The position numbers and the translations under genes were made by a program. DNA of 64,000 bases, from positions 4,759 to 68,758 of IMG/VR virus record IMGVR_UViG_3300028786_000009, one strand, 5' to 3'. Shown in pieces: positions 46,821 through 56,700 of this stretch; within the stretch, counting starts at the first letter, position 1, and each line of letters opens with the position of its first letter. Source of the DNA: a virus. Under the pieces are notes generated by a model. It saw nothing but the letters and a program-made list of their open reading frames with translations. It was not told where the DNA came from and did no database searches.

Positions 46821-47536
46821 TGGCGACTTCGCGCCAGGCCGCCCAGACTCCCGCGATCCCGGCGATCCCCACGCCCGCGGCGCTGGAGCTGCGCCAGGTG
46901 CAGTCGGCGATCGACAACATCCGCGAGGGCTTGCAGCGGCTGCAAGCGCGCATCAACCAGACCACGCTCGAAGTCGGCGAGACGCGCACCCAGGTGGCCA
47001 AGGGCTCGGGCAACGTGGTCAACCTGCGCGCCAAGGTGCTCAAGCTCGAAGACGAGCTGGAAGACCTGTCACGCCTGGTGTTGGCGGGCACCGGCGCGAG
47101 CGGCGCGACGGTGCTGCGCCTGATGCTGGGCGCCGACGGCGAGGACGGCGAAGACGGCCAGTCGATCCCGGGGCCGCGCGGCGAGCTGCCGCTGTACGTC
47201 GAGTTTCCGGCGGCCACAGCACTCGGGGGCAACCGTGCGGTGCGCCTGGTCGCGGGTGAGGCGACCTACGCCGACAACGCCAGCGTGGCCGACGCGAACC
47301 TGGTGCTCGGGATCACGCGCGGCGCCGTCGTGCTCGGCGACATCGTGCAGATCCAGGTGACCGGGCTCATGACCGAGCCGAGCTGGGCCTGGACGAGCGA
47401 CGCCCCGGTGTTCGTCGGCGCGGCCGGCGTGCTCACGCAAACGTCGCCGAGCACCGGCTACACGCTGATCGTGGGCATCGCGACCAGCCCCACCCAGATC
47501 CTGATCGGCGCACGCATGCCGATCGTTGTCGTCTAG
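46820..47536 (+). CDS. Virion protein: coiled coil, short collagen-like motif and cement-like C-domain
   Basis: GEDGEDG...PGPRG; ALGG.RAV...LGIT...W.W....PVF.G..G.LTQ. Confidence 0.6.
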   Translation: MATSRQAAQTPAIPAIPTPAALELRQVQSAIDNIREGLQRLQARINQTTLEVGETRTQVAKGSGNVVNLRAKVLKLEDELEDLSRLVLAGTGASGATVLRLMLGADGEDGEDGQSIPGPRGELPLYVEFPAATALGGNRAVRLVAGEATYADNASVADANLVLGITRGAVVLGDIVQIQVTGLMTEPSWAWTSDAPVFVGAAGVLTQTSPSTGYTLIVGIATSPTQILIGARMPIVVV

Positions 47537-47546
47537 GAGTCACCCC

Positions 47547-48149
47547 ATGGGAACCGCATCGAGCAAGAAGTTCATCAAGCAAGTCAGCGGCACCTTGACC
47601 GAGGAGGCGGCGCTGACCACCTCGGCCGGCGCGGGCGACGCTGACAAACTCCCGGCGCTCAACGCCAGCGGGGTGCTGGACATCACCATCACCAACGGCA
47701 AGAACACCAGCGCGGGCGCGGGCGACGCGGGCAAGGTGGTGGTGCTGGACGCGGCCGGGCGCATCGACTCGACCATGATGCCGGTGGGCATCGGCGCTGA
47801 CACCGCCTCGATCACCACCAGCGAGGCGCTGGCGGCCGGCGATTTCGTGAACATTTGGGATTCTTCGGGCGCCAAGGCGCGCAAGGCCGACGCCACCACC
47901 AGCGGCAAGGAAGCGCACGGCTTCGTGCTGGCCGCCTACGGCTCGGCGGTGGCCGCCACGGTCTACTTCGAGGGCACGAACACGGGTGTGACCGGGCTCA
48001 CGCCGGGGCGCCAGTTCTTGTCGACCAGCGCGGGCCTTGCCACCGCCACCGCACCCTCGGGCTCGGGCAACGTGGTGCAGCGCATCGGCGTGGCGGTGAG
48101 TGCCACGGCGCTGAACTTCGAGAGCAACGTGCCGATCGTGCTGGCCTGA
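47547..48149 (+). CDS. Virion protein with DUF2190/cement-like C-domain
   Basis: SAGAGDA.K repeat; E.L.AGD.VN...ADA...A.GFV...GLTPG. Confidence 0.65.
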   Translation: MGTASSKKFIKQVSGTLTEEAALTTSAGAGDADKLPALNASGVLDITITNGKNTSAGAGDAGKVVVLDAAGRIDSTMMPVGIGADTASITTSEALAAGDFVNIWDSSGAKARKADATTSGKEAHGFVLAAYGSAVAATVYFEGTNTGVTGLTPGRQFLSTSAGLATATAPSGSGNVVQRIGVAVSATALNFESNVPIVLA

Positions 48150-48153
48150 CGCG

Positions 48154-49305
48154 ATGGCCAATCGGCTCGCGCTCGCCCTCGTCAGCGGCCAGATCCAGGA
48201 GATCTCGGCCAGCACCGACACGCTCACGGTGGGCAGTCTGACCACGGTGGGCGGCGTGACCGTGGGCGGCACGCTCGATGTCTCGGGGCCGCTGACGGGA
48301 ACGTATGGAACTTTCAGCGGTGCGGTCTACGTTCCGGGAGCGGTCGGCAGCGGCAACCTGCCCAACACGTCGGCGCAAAGCGTAGTTGTCGACTCGACCG
48401 GCAGCGCCGGCATGTCGGTGCTCTCCGACGCCGCAGGCATCGGGTACTTCTTTTTCGGCGATACCACCGTCAACTCGATGGCCGGGCTGCGCTACATGCA
48501 CGCCACTGACACGCTCGGGATCAAGGCGGGCAACGTCTATATCGCCGCGTTGACATCCACCGACATGACGGTCAACGGCTCACTCACCCCCGACACGCTG
48601 CGCATCACGGGCAACAATGATCTGAGCCTGTCATCGACTGATCATCCGTTTCAGATCGGCCCGACCTCGGGCGCGAACATGGTCATCGACCCCAACGAAA
48701 TGGAAGCGCGCAACAACGGCGCGGCGGCCGCGCTCGCGATCAACAATGACGGGGGCTTGGTCGCGGTCGGCCCTGGTGGGTTCGTGACGCGCAACGGCAA
48801 GCTGTCATCGAACTACGCTTCTGGCGCCGTTGCGCCCACGTTCGGCACCCCGGGCGATGTCTTCGCGGCGCGCAACAGCACCGACGGCGTGTATTACTTC
48901 GGCGAGAGCAGCAGCACCTACCTGTACTTCGACGGGGCCAAGTACCGCTTCGGCGTGGGCGGCTACGTCGAACTCGAAGACACCGCGATCATCAACGGCA
49001 ACCAGGTCGGCTTTCGCAACAAGCCGCGCAGCAACACCAACACGATCAACGCGACGTTCGTCGGCTGGAGCAAGGCGGTGACCGCCGGCATCACGATCCC
49101 CAACGCGGTGTTCGCCGCGGGCGACCGGTTCAGCGTCTACAACAACAGCTCGGCGAGCATCACGATCACGCAGGGCAGCGGGATGACGCTGCGCCTGGCC
49201 GGCACCGCCACCACCGGCAACCGCACCCTCGCGCAACGCGGCTTCATCGAGATCTACTTCAACGCCACGAACGATTCCGTCGTTTGGGGCACGGGGGTGA
49301 CGTGA
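48154..49305 (+). CDS. Tail fibre/spike protein
   Basis: G/T/S/N-rich, 383 aa, in the tail module. Confidence 0.65.
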   Translation: MANRLALALVSGQIQEISASTDTLTVGSLTTVGGVTVGGTLDVSGPLTGTYGTFSGAVYVPGAVGSGNLPNTSAQSVVVDSTGSAGMSVLSDAAGIGYFFFGDTTVNSMAGLRYMHATDTLGIKAGNVYIAALTSTDMTVNGSLTPDTLRITGNNDLSLSSTDHPFQIGPTSGANMVIDPNEMEARNNGAAAALAINNDGGLVAVGPGGFVTRNGKLSSNYASGAVAPTFGTPGDVFAARNSTDGVYYFGESSSTYLYFDGAKYRFGVGGYVELEDTAIINGNQVGFRNKPRSNTNTINATFVGWSKAVTAGITIPNAVFAAGDRFSVYNNSSASITITQGSGMTLRLAGTATTGNRTLAQRGFIEIYFNATNDSVVWGTGVT

Positions 49306-49356
49306 TGGAGCCCACGCCCCACACTCTCAACACACTCCAACCAGGATGAGTTAGGC

Positions 49357-49692
49357 ATGGCCGACTATCGCGAAACCAGCAAGACCGTCACGACCTGGCG
49401 GCGCATCGGCGCGGTGCACATCGACAATCCGCTCGTGGGCGGCAATGCCGAGCGGCGCATCCGCTACAGCGAGGAAGACGTGATGCGCAACCCCGACCTG
49501 TCGGTGGTGGTCACCAAGGCGACAGAACTCTCCGCCCCGTTCGCGCCGCTGGCGTACTCGTTCCCCCTCATCAACCCCAACACCGGCGACCCGATCGGGG
49601 CTCAAACCGCCACCCTCAACGACATCTTCATCGCGCTGTACAGCCTGTATCGGGACATGGCTGCCAGGCGCGACGCGGGGACCCTGCCATGA
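49357..49692 (+). CDS. Tail-fibre-associated protein (chaperone-like)
   Basis: W.R...V.I.NP...FPL.NP.TG..LYSLY. Confidence 0.55.
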   Translation: MADYRETSKTVTTWRRIGAVHIDNPLVGGNAERRIRYSEEDVMRNPDLSVVVTKATELSAPFAPLAYSFPLINPNTGDPIGAQTATLNDIFIALYSLYRDMAARRDAGTLP

Positions 49693-50036
49693 CCCATCCG
49701 AACGGACAGATCGATCAAGCGACCTTGGCCAGCGAGATCGCCAACAAGCTCCAGGCCGAGCGCGAGCAGCAAGCGCCGATTCCGCCGGCGCGAATGCAGA
49801 TCAGCGAGACCCGCGTCAACGCGATGCTGATGACGATCCAGACCCAGCGCGACCACGCCCTGAACCAGTGGGTGATGGTGTCGGCCGACCTGGCGATGGT
49901 GCGCGAAGACCTGGAGATCAAGCGCAGGGAGTGCGCGCAGCTCGAGCAGCGGCTGCTGAGCCTGGCGCTGCTCGAGCACCCCGAAGCGCCGCCGCCCGAT
50001 GTCGGGATGACCGAGCCCGCGCCGGTCGAGCACTGA
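49689..50036 (+). CDS. Coiled-coil hypothetical protein
   Basis: QRD.ALN and heptads; coupled. Confidence 0.55.
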   Translation: MTHPNGQIDQATLASEIANKLQAEREQQAPIPPARMQISETRVNAMLMTIQTQRDHALNQWVMVSADLAMVREDLEIKRRECAQLEQRLLSLALLEHPEAPPPDVGMTEPAPVEH

Positions 50037-50050
50037 AAGGAGCGCAAGCC

Positions 50051-50422
50051 ATGTCGAGCAACAAGGCGTTTCGATTCGGGCCGCTGCTGCTGACCACGAC
50101 GATGACGACCAACCTGCTGAACCCGCCGGCGGCCAGCGGGGGCGTCAACGCCGGCAGCTCGCCTGCCTTCATCGCGCTGCGCCACCTGCGCGTGAGCAAC
50201 AAGTCGGGCGCGCAGGCGACGTTCTCGCTGTGGCTGGGTGCGAGCGGGGCGAACGCCAGCGGCACCGAGTTCGTGGGCGCCAACATCAAGGTCGAGCCCG
50301 GCGCCGCGTACGACTGGTACGGCGCCAACGCGCGCATCGAGTCGTCGCAGTTCCTGGTCGGTGGCGCCAGCGCGACCAATGCGCTCACGATCAGCGGCGA
50401 AGGCGAGATCGGGCTCGCGTGA
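50051..50422 (+). CDS. Hypothetical virion protein
   Basis: AAGGAG SD; beta-sandwich-like. Confidence 0.6.
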   Translation: MSSNKAFRFGPLLLTTTMTTNLLNPPAASGGVNAGSSPAFIALRHLRVSNKSGAQATFSLWLGASGANASGTEFVGANIKVEPGAAYDWYGANARIESSQFLVGGASATNALTISGEGEIGLA

Positions 50423-50817
50423 TGATCGCCGGCACCGCGTTTCGGATCGTCGATGCGCGCCACGCATGGGGGACGATCTACGCACGCACGGTGCGCACGC
50501 GCAGTGATCCCTGGACCTGCGAGGAGATCGCCGAGCTGTGCGAGCGCGGCGATGCGGTGTGCCTGTCGTGCCCCGACGGCGTGGTGGTGATCAAGCTCAT
50601 CGGCTCCGAGCGCGTGGGCCTCGAGGCCGAGGTGGTGCTGGGCGTGTCCAGCGGCAAGCCCGGCGCCTACGAGCGCACCGAGGACGAGCTGATGGCGGTG
50701 CTGCGCGACATGGGCGTGCGCAGCGTGTTCTTTCGCACCGATCGGGTCGGCTGGCTGCGCATGCTCGGCCCCGAGTGGCGCCAGCTTGGCAACGACCTGT
50801 ACGAAAGGAGCGTGTGA
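50422..50817 (+). CDS. Hypothetical protein (possible GNAT-like fold)
   Basis: R..G...V.F.T.R.GW; precedes the ejection genes. Confidence 0.5.
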   Translation: MIAGTAFRIVDARHAWGTIYARTVRTRSDPWTCEEIAELCERGDAVCLSCPDGVVVIKLIGSERVGLEAEVVLGVSSGKPGAYERTEDELMAVLRDMGVRSVFFRTDRVGWLRMLGPEWRQLGNDLYERSV

Positions 50818-51455
50818 TGGGCAAGAAGCAAGAGGTGCAGGAAACCGAACAGCAGCGCGCGATGGCGCAGGTCGGCAAGCAGCAGTTGCAGGACTTCAAG
50901 AACCGCTGGTTGCCCTTGCAGCGCCGACTGATGGGCAAGATTGCCGACAGCGGCGACCCGAACAGCTTCCAGGCGCGGCGCGCGACCACGATGGCCGGCG
51001 TCGACACCGGGGTGCAGTTCGGCCAGGCGCGCGCCAAGCTCGATGAGCAGGCGGCCGGTGCCGGCGGCGGGGTCCAGGGCAGCGCCTACAAGCTGGGCGT
51101 CATGGGCCTGGACACCGACGCGGCCACCTCGGGCGCGCTGTCGGGCGTGGCCGCCGAGCAAGGCGTGGCCGACCAGTACACGCACGGGCTGCAAGCGGTC
51201 ACCGCGATGGGGCGCGGCGAGAAGACGATGGCGATCTCCGGCATGGCGCAGCAAGCGCAGGCCAGCGGCCAGCAAGCCCAAGTCGACGCCCAGCACGCCC
51301 TCGAGGACCGCGCCGGCAACATGGCGCTGGCCAGCAAGGCGATCGGCACCGGCGCCTACCTGTACGGCACGCAGCCGGCGGCCGACCCGGGGCTCAACTC
51401 GACCGGCGACCCGCGCGTCAACCAGACCAATCTCAACGGCTCGCTGTACACCTAG
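50817..51455 (+). CDS. Internal virion/ejection protein
   Basis: A/Q/G-rich helical protein; AAGGAG SD. Confidence 0.6.
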   Translation: MGKKQEVQETEQQRAMAQVGKQQLQDFKNRWLPLQRRLMGKIADSGDPNSFQARRATTMAGVDTGVQFGQARAKLDEQAAGAGGGVQGSAYKLGVMGLDTDAATSGALSGVAAEQGVADQYTHGLQAVTAMGRGEKTMAISGMAQQAQASGQQAQVDAQHALEDRAGNMALASKAIGTGAYLYGTQPAADPGLNSTGDPRVNQTNLNGSLYT

Positions 51456-51464
51456 GAGATCGCC

Positions 51465-51845
51465 ATGGGCTATGCAACCGACACCTTCGCGCAGATGACG
51501 CGCGACCAGTGGCAGACGTACGTGAAGGACTACATCCCGTACGAGAACAAGCTGATCGACTACGCCACCGACCCGAACACGGTCAGCGACGCGATGAGCC
51601 AGGCCAGCGACACCGTCGCCAGCGCCTTCGATGCGCGCGCCGCGTCGTCGCAGCGCCACCTGCGCGGGCTCGGGCTCACGCTGGACGCCGACGAGCAGCA
51701 GGCGGCCACGCGCTCGACCGCGCTGGCGCGCAGCCTGGCCGACGTGAACGCGCAGAACACCGTGCGCGACGCCACCATGACGCGCCAGGCGAGCATCCTG
51801 GGCAATCCGGCCCCGAAGATCGGCGCAGGAGGGCTCGGATCATGA
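51465..51845 (+). CDS. Internal virion/ejection protein
   Basis: A.MTR.QW..Y...Y.PYE..L. Confidence 0.6.
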   Translation: MGYATDTFAQMTRDQWQTYVKDYIPYENKLIDYATDPNTVSDAMSQASDTVASAFDARAASSQRHLRGLGLTLDADEQQAATRSTALARSLADVNAQNTVRDATMTRQASILGNPAPKIGAGGLGS

Positions 51846-52156
51846 ACAGCGGAACCTACGGACTCGGAACCAGCGTGCGCGGCCCCGGCGGCGCGGGCGC
51901 GGGCCTGGCAGCGATGGGCCAGGACCAGGAGCGCCAGGCGATGGGGCTGCTCGGCGCCGCCGCCGGCCAGGAGCAGCAGCGCGAGCAGGCCAACGTCGAA
52001 GCCGAGCGGCAGCGCAAGGCCGGCAACGCCCAGCTCGGCAGCAGCGTCGGAGCAGCGGCCGGCATGTACGTCGGCATGCAGTACGGCGCGACCATGGGTC
52101 CATGGGGCGCGCTGATCGGTGGCGTCGTGGGCGGCCTGGCCGGCGGCGCGTTCTAA
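51842..52156 (+). CDS. Glycine-zipper ejection protein
   Basis: G..MGPWGALIGGVVGGLAG. Confidence 0.6.
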   Translation: MNSGTYGLGTSVRGPGGAGAGLAAMGQDQERQAMGLLGAAAGQEQQREQANVEAERQRKAGNAQLGSSVGAAAGMYVGMQYGATMGPWGALIGGVVGGLAGGAF

Positions 52157-52171
52157 CCCAGGAGACTCATC

Positions 52172-53791
52172 ATGCCCAGCGTTGGAGAGAGCGCCGCCCG
52201 CGGCCTGGAAAGCGGTGTCCGACTGGCGATGGACATCACCGAAGCGCAGCGCCGAGCGCAGCGCGAGACGCGCCTGGACGACCAGTCGCAGCAGGTGTTC
52301 GCCGCGCATATGGAGGATCGAGCCAACGCCCAAACGCGCCAGACCGACGCCGACGCGATGGCCGCCACCGACGCGCAGCTCGCCGATCTCAGGACTCAAG
52401 GCCCCGGCCTGGTCAACGCCACGCCCGAAGCGCAGGCGGCCTGGCGCCAGCAAATCGGCGCGGCCGAGGAAGGCCGGCGCAAGCTGCTGGTCAAGCGCGG
52501 CGCACCCGACACCAAGGCGCTGGCCGACAAGGCGCGCGCGTCGGTCGAAGCGGTCAAAAGCGGCCAGGTGAGCGACCCCGAGACGCTGGTGGCGGGCGTG
52601 GCCGGCGCCACCGGTCACCCGATCAGCTTCTTTCTGCCCGACAAGGATGGCGTGGCGCCCGCGCAGCGCTCGGCCATGAAGGTGCTGAGCGGCCAGGAGC
52701 AGCAGAACATGCCGATGATCCTGGAGGGCCTGAACGAGTCGATCGGCCCGCAGCTCCAGCGCAACCTGGGCAAGGAAACGCAGCACGGCGGCAAGGCGGT
52801 GTTCAAGGAGATCGTCGGGCTGACCCCCGATCCGAACTCACCGAGCGACGACCCGCGCTACATCCCGGTGATCCGCACCTACATCGACCGCGGCAAGGAC
52901 TTTCGCGGCCCCAAGCGCAAGGTGGGCAACGGCGTCGAGGCCGATGGCCACTACGACGCACCGATGACGCAAGGCGGCAGCGCCGACTCGAAGGCCGACC
53001 CGCTGGTGCAGTCGCTGAGCTTGAAGCGCGGCATGGGCTACCTGGACAACCAGCTCAAGCTGGCCGAGGGGCTGGCCGCACCCGAGGCCCAGAAGTACCT
53101 CGCCGGCTACCTGCAACAAGGCGGCAGCGATGGCACAGACTTCGCCGCGGCGCTGGCCGAACACGGGCTGCGGGCGCCCACCAACACGACCAAGAACACC
53201 TCGATCGGCTCGGGCGGGCTGCTGCGCGAGACCTACGACGCGCAGGGCAACAAGATCGGCGAGAGCGTGATCCAGCCCCCGCCCAAGGAAAGCGCGCAAG
53301 GCGGCTTGCAGCAGGACATCAGCACCATCCAGCGCCAGGTCGACGCGAAGCTGATCACCCAGGCCGAGGCCGACCGGCTCAAGAGATCCGCGCTCGAAAA
53401 GGACTCGACGCGCGCGCCCAAGGGCGGCGGCGCGGGCGGCGGGGGCGAGGGGGGCGGCGGCCTGAGCAAGGCCGATGAGCGCGCGGTCAAGGCCCAGCAG
53501 GCGCAGATCAAGTCGCGCCTGGACCGGCTGAAAGAGAACAAGGCCGACGCGCTCAAGAAGTACGAGATCGACATCAAGGGCAAGCCCAAGCGCGTGCAGC
53601 AAGAGCGTGAGGCCGAGTACCGCAGCGCGGTGAGCACCTTCGACGCCCAGATCCAGAACCTCGAGGAGCAGGACTCGAAGCTGGGCGACCAGCTCACCGG
53701 CGTGGTCGAGCGCACCCCGGGCCTGGCCGGCGCCAGGCCGGCACCCGCACCGGCCAACAGCGGCAAGGGCTACTCATCACTGTGGAAGTAA
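52172..53791 (+). CDS. Large internal virion/ejection protein
   Basis: 539 aa; AGGAG SD; directly precedes the giant gene. Confidence 0.65.
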   Translation: MPSVGESAARGLESGVRLAMDITEAQRRAQRETRLDDQSQQVFAAHMEDRANAQTRQTDADAMAATDAQLADLRTQGPGLVNATPEAQAAWRQQIGAAEEGRRKLLVKRGAPDTKALADKARASVEAVKSGQVSDPETLVAGVAGATGHPISFFLPDKDGVAPAQRSAMKVLSGQEQQNMPMILEGLNESIGPQLQRNLGKETQHGGKAVFKEIVGLTPDPNSPSDDPRYIPVIRTYIDRGKDFRGPKRKVGNGVEADGHYDAPMTQGGSADSKADPLVQSLSLKRGMGYLDNQLKLAEGLAAPEAQKYLAGYLQQGGSDGTDFAAALAEHGLRAPTNTTKNTSIGSGGLLRETYDAQGNKIGESVIQPPPKESAQGGLQQDISTIQRQVDAKLITQAEADRLKRSALEKDSTRAPKGGGAGGGGEGGGGLSKADERAVKAQQAQIKSRLDRLKENKADALKKYEIDIKGKPKRVQQEREAEYRSAVSTFDAQIQNLEEQDSKLGDQLTGVVERTPGLAGARPAPAPANSGKGYSSLWK

Positions 53792-53794
53792 GCC

Positions 53795-56700
53795 ATGGCT
53801 AAGAAATGGGCCGAAGTCACCGCGCTGCCGGCGTACCAGGCGCTCACGCCTGACGACCAGGACGCGGCCAAACAGCAATACTTCGACGAAGTCATCCGCC
53901 CGCAGGTGCCGCGCGCCAGGCAGGATGTCGCCTACGAGGAGTTCAAGGCTGACACCGGCTACGGCGAGCGCGACAGCGCCGAGCTGACGCACCCCGGCGG
54001 CCTGGGCTCGGGGCGGCCCGCCTCAAACGATGAGCGCATCGCCGCGCGCGGGCTGAGCAGCGTCGCACCGCCGCCGCCCAGCACCGGCGTGCTCGCGGGC
54101 ATCCGCGAGAACGAGGCCGCGCGCAATCAGCGCTTCGGCCTGGTCGAGCCGCCCGTGCCGCCAGCGCCGGCCCCCGCGCCGCGCGAGGAGCCCAAGCCGT
54201 TCAAGGACAAGTTCGAAGCCGTCAACGACGCGGTCGACCGCATCGAGATGGGCGCCGACCGCGACAAGGTGTTCGAGGCGTTCACCAAGATCGGCATCAA
54301 GCCCAGCGAGATCGAGGCGCGCGGGGTTGCGCTGGGCGGCGCTGCGTTCAAGCGCTTCGACGCCGCCCCGGGCGTGAAGGCTCCCGTCGGCCCGATGCAG
54401 GCCGATGGCGAGATCAAGGCCACGCCGACCCCCAATCGCAACATCTTCGCCGTCGTCAACGACTCGATGATCAACGTGGCCAACGCCGCGGTGGGCACCG
54501 TCAAGACGCTGAGCGATCTCACCGGCCCCGACAGCCAGAACTCCAAGGACCTGGAGCGCTTCATCAAGCAGGGCCAGCGCGCGCAGTCGGAGTGGCAGAA
54601 GAACAAGCGCTCCGAGCTGAGCGACTCGCTGGCCGACAGCACCGGCCAGGTCGACAAGGCCGGGCGCTACCTGATGCACGCGATCGTCGACGACCCGCTG
54701 GCGACGATGTCCGAGGCCGCCGGCAACATCGGCGCGTTCGGCGCGCTGGGCCGCGCCACCGCGGCGCTCCAGGCCGGCACCGCCACCAAGGCGAGCATGG
54801 CGATTGCCGGCATGGCCGGCGCTGGCGAGGTGCGCGGCAACATCTGGGACGCGGTCAACGGCAAGTCGGACAAGGAGCTGATGCAGTCCAGCCCCGAGTA
54901 CAAGAAGCTGCGCGAGGGCGGCATGGACGAGGGCCGGGCCAAGCGCGAGATCGGCGCCAACTTGCTGCGCAACCTGCCCGAGCTGGTGGCCACCGGCCTG
55001 GTGGCGTCGCTGGGCGGCAAGTACGGCCTGGAAGCGCTCGCCACGGGTGCGCGGGTGAGCACCGGGCGCATCAGCGGCGCGCTGATCGGCCTGATCGACG
55101 AGGGCACGCAGGGCGCGCTCGAGCAGGTGGCCACCAACATCGGCGTGAAGCGCGCTGAGCCGGGCCAGAAGATCCTCGACGACGTGCTGCTGAACGCAGT
55201 CAGCGAGGGCCTGGTGGGTTCGCTTGGCGGCGCGATGACGGGCGGCAACGCCCACGAGGTGGCGGCGCTCAAGTACGAAGACGCGCGCAAGAAGGGCCTG
55301 AACGTCGACCCGCCGCTGTCGAGCGACCCGCCCGATGTGCAGCGCGCCAAGACGGTGGGCATCTTCGATTCGCTGGCCGCGCAGTACGGCATCCCGAAGG
55401 CCGCCGTCGACCAGGTGAAGAAGGCCACCGAAGGCGTGCCGTTGGAGCAGCTTGGCGGCGTGCTGGCGAAGTTCGCGAGCGCGCTGCAACAGCGCAACCT
55501 GACGGGCACGCCGCTGGACGATCACGCGCTGGCCGTGCTCACCGCGGGCGCGGTGGCGCCGCCGCCGGCTGAGGGCGACGCCATGGTCTGGCGCTCCAAG
55601 GACAGCGAGCAGCCGGTGACGCTGGGCAAGGGCACGGCGGTGACCGCCCCCGACGGGCGCAAGTACCAACCGGTGATCGGCTCCAACGGCGTGCCCAGCT
55701 TCGTGCCGGCCGACGAGCTGCACCCGCCAGGTGCGAAAACGCAAACCGCCGCGGCCCCTGCTGCGGCACCGGCTACGGCTGCTGACACTTCGACGCGCGC
55801 GGCGGCCACGAGCGCACCGGCCCCTGCACCCAGTGTTTCGAGGCAAAACGCAACGCCCGCCGATGAGGACTTTTCGGGCCTGTCCGAGACAAGCGCCGAG
55901 CCTGCAACCGCTGCTGACACTTCGACGCGCGCGCCGGCCGTGCCCGATGCCGGCGTGGACCCGGCGACCGGCACCCCGCTGAGCAACGCCGAGGCGGTGG
56001 CCGCCGCGCCGGCGCCCGAGATCAAGACCACGGTCGACGAGGCCGCGCACGCTGCCGCCAGCTCGCCGCTGAACGACAAGAGCGAGCCCACGCGCGCGCA
56101 GATCGAGGCCGGCAACGCGCCGCTGGGCCACCCGAAGGTGGGCGGCATGAACGTCAGCGTCGAAACCGCCGAGGGCGGCATCCGGCGCTCCAAGCCCGGC
56201 GCGCTGGTCCAGTGGGCGACGAAGATGGTGGGCGCCAGCTACGGCTACATCCGCGGCACCAAGGGCATGGACGGCGAGCAGATCGACGCGTTCGTGAAGC
56301 CGGGCACCGACGAGAAGTGGGACGGCACGGTGTTCGTCATCGACCAGCTCGACCCGGACAGCGGAAAGCCCGACGAGCACAAGGTCATGCTCGGCTACGC
56401 CAACGTGCAGGAGGCCCAAAAGACCTATCTTGCGAACTACCAGCCCGGCTGGAAGGGCATGGGCGAGGTGCGCGCCGTGCCGCTGGCCAGCTTCAAGAAG
56501 TGGCTGGCCGAGGGCGACACCTCGCAGCCGTTCGCGACCCGCAAGGCCGCACCGAAGGGGAAGCCAAGTGAACCATCACAGCCTGACGTATCAGGCACTG
56601 CCGCGCCTGCTGCGGGTGCCGCTGAGCCTGGGAGTCATCAGCCAGGCGGAAGCCGCGGAGATCTGGGACGTGATGCTGCAACAGCACCCGCCGAACAACC

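Noticed and set aside
48154-49692. Diversity-generating retroelement acting on the tail fibre
   Set aside because: No reverse transcriptase and no TR/VR adenine-variant repeat pair seen in the window.
773-53797. Stop-codon recoding, suggested by several in-frame gene junctions (775/785, 1360/1367, 24682/24686, 51455/51465, 52156/52172, 53791/53795)
   Set aside because: Stops are mixed TAG and TAA, most downstream genes have their own SD (TAGGAG simply overlaps the stop), and conserved genes are uninterrupted under code 11.
55731-55982. Third nested +1 ORF in the giant gene (Arg/Pro-rich, 83 aa)
   Set aside because: Composition is the expected shadow of an Ala/Pro/Thr linker containing a ~24-bp direct repeat; it does not look like a folded protein.
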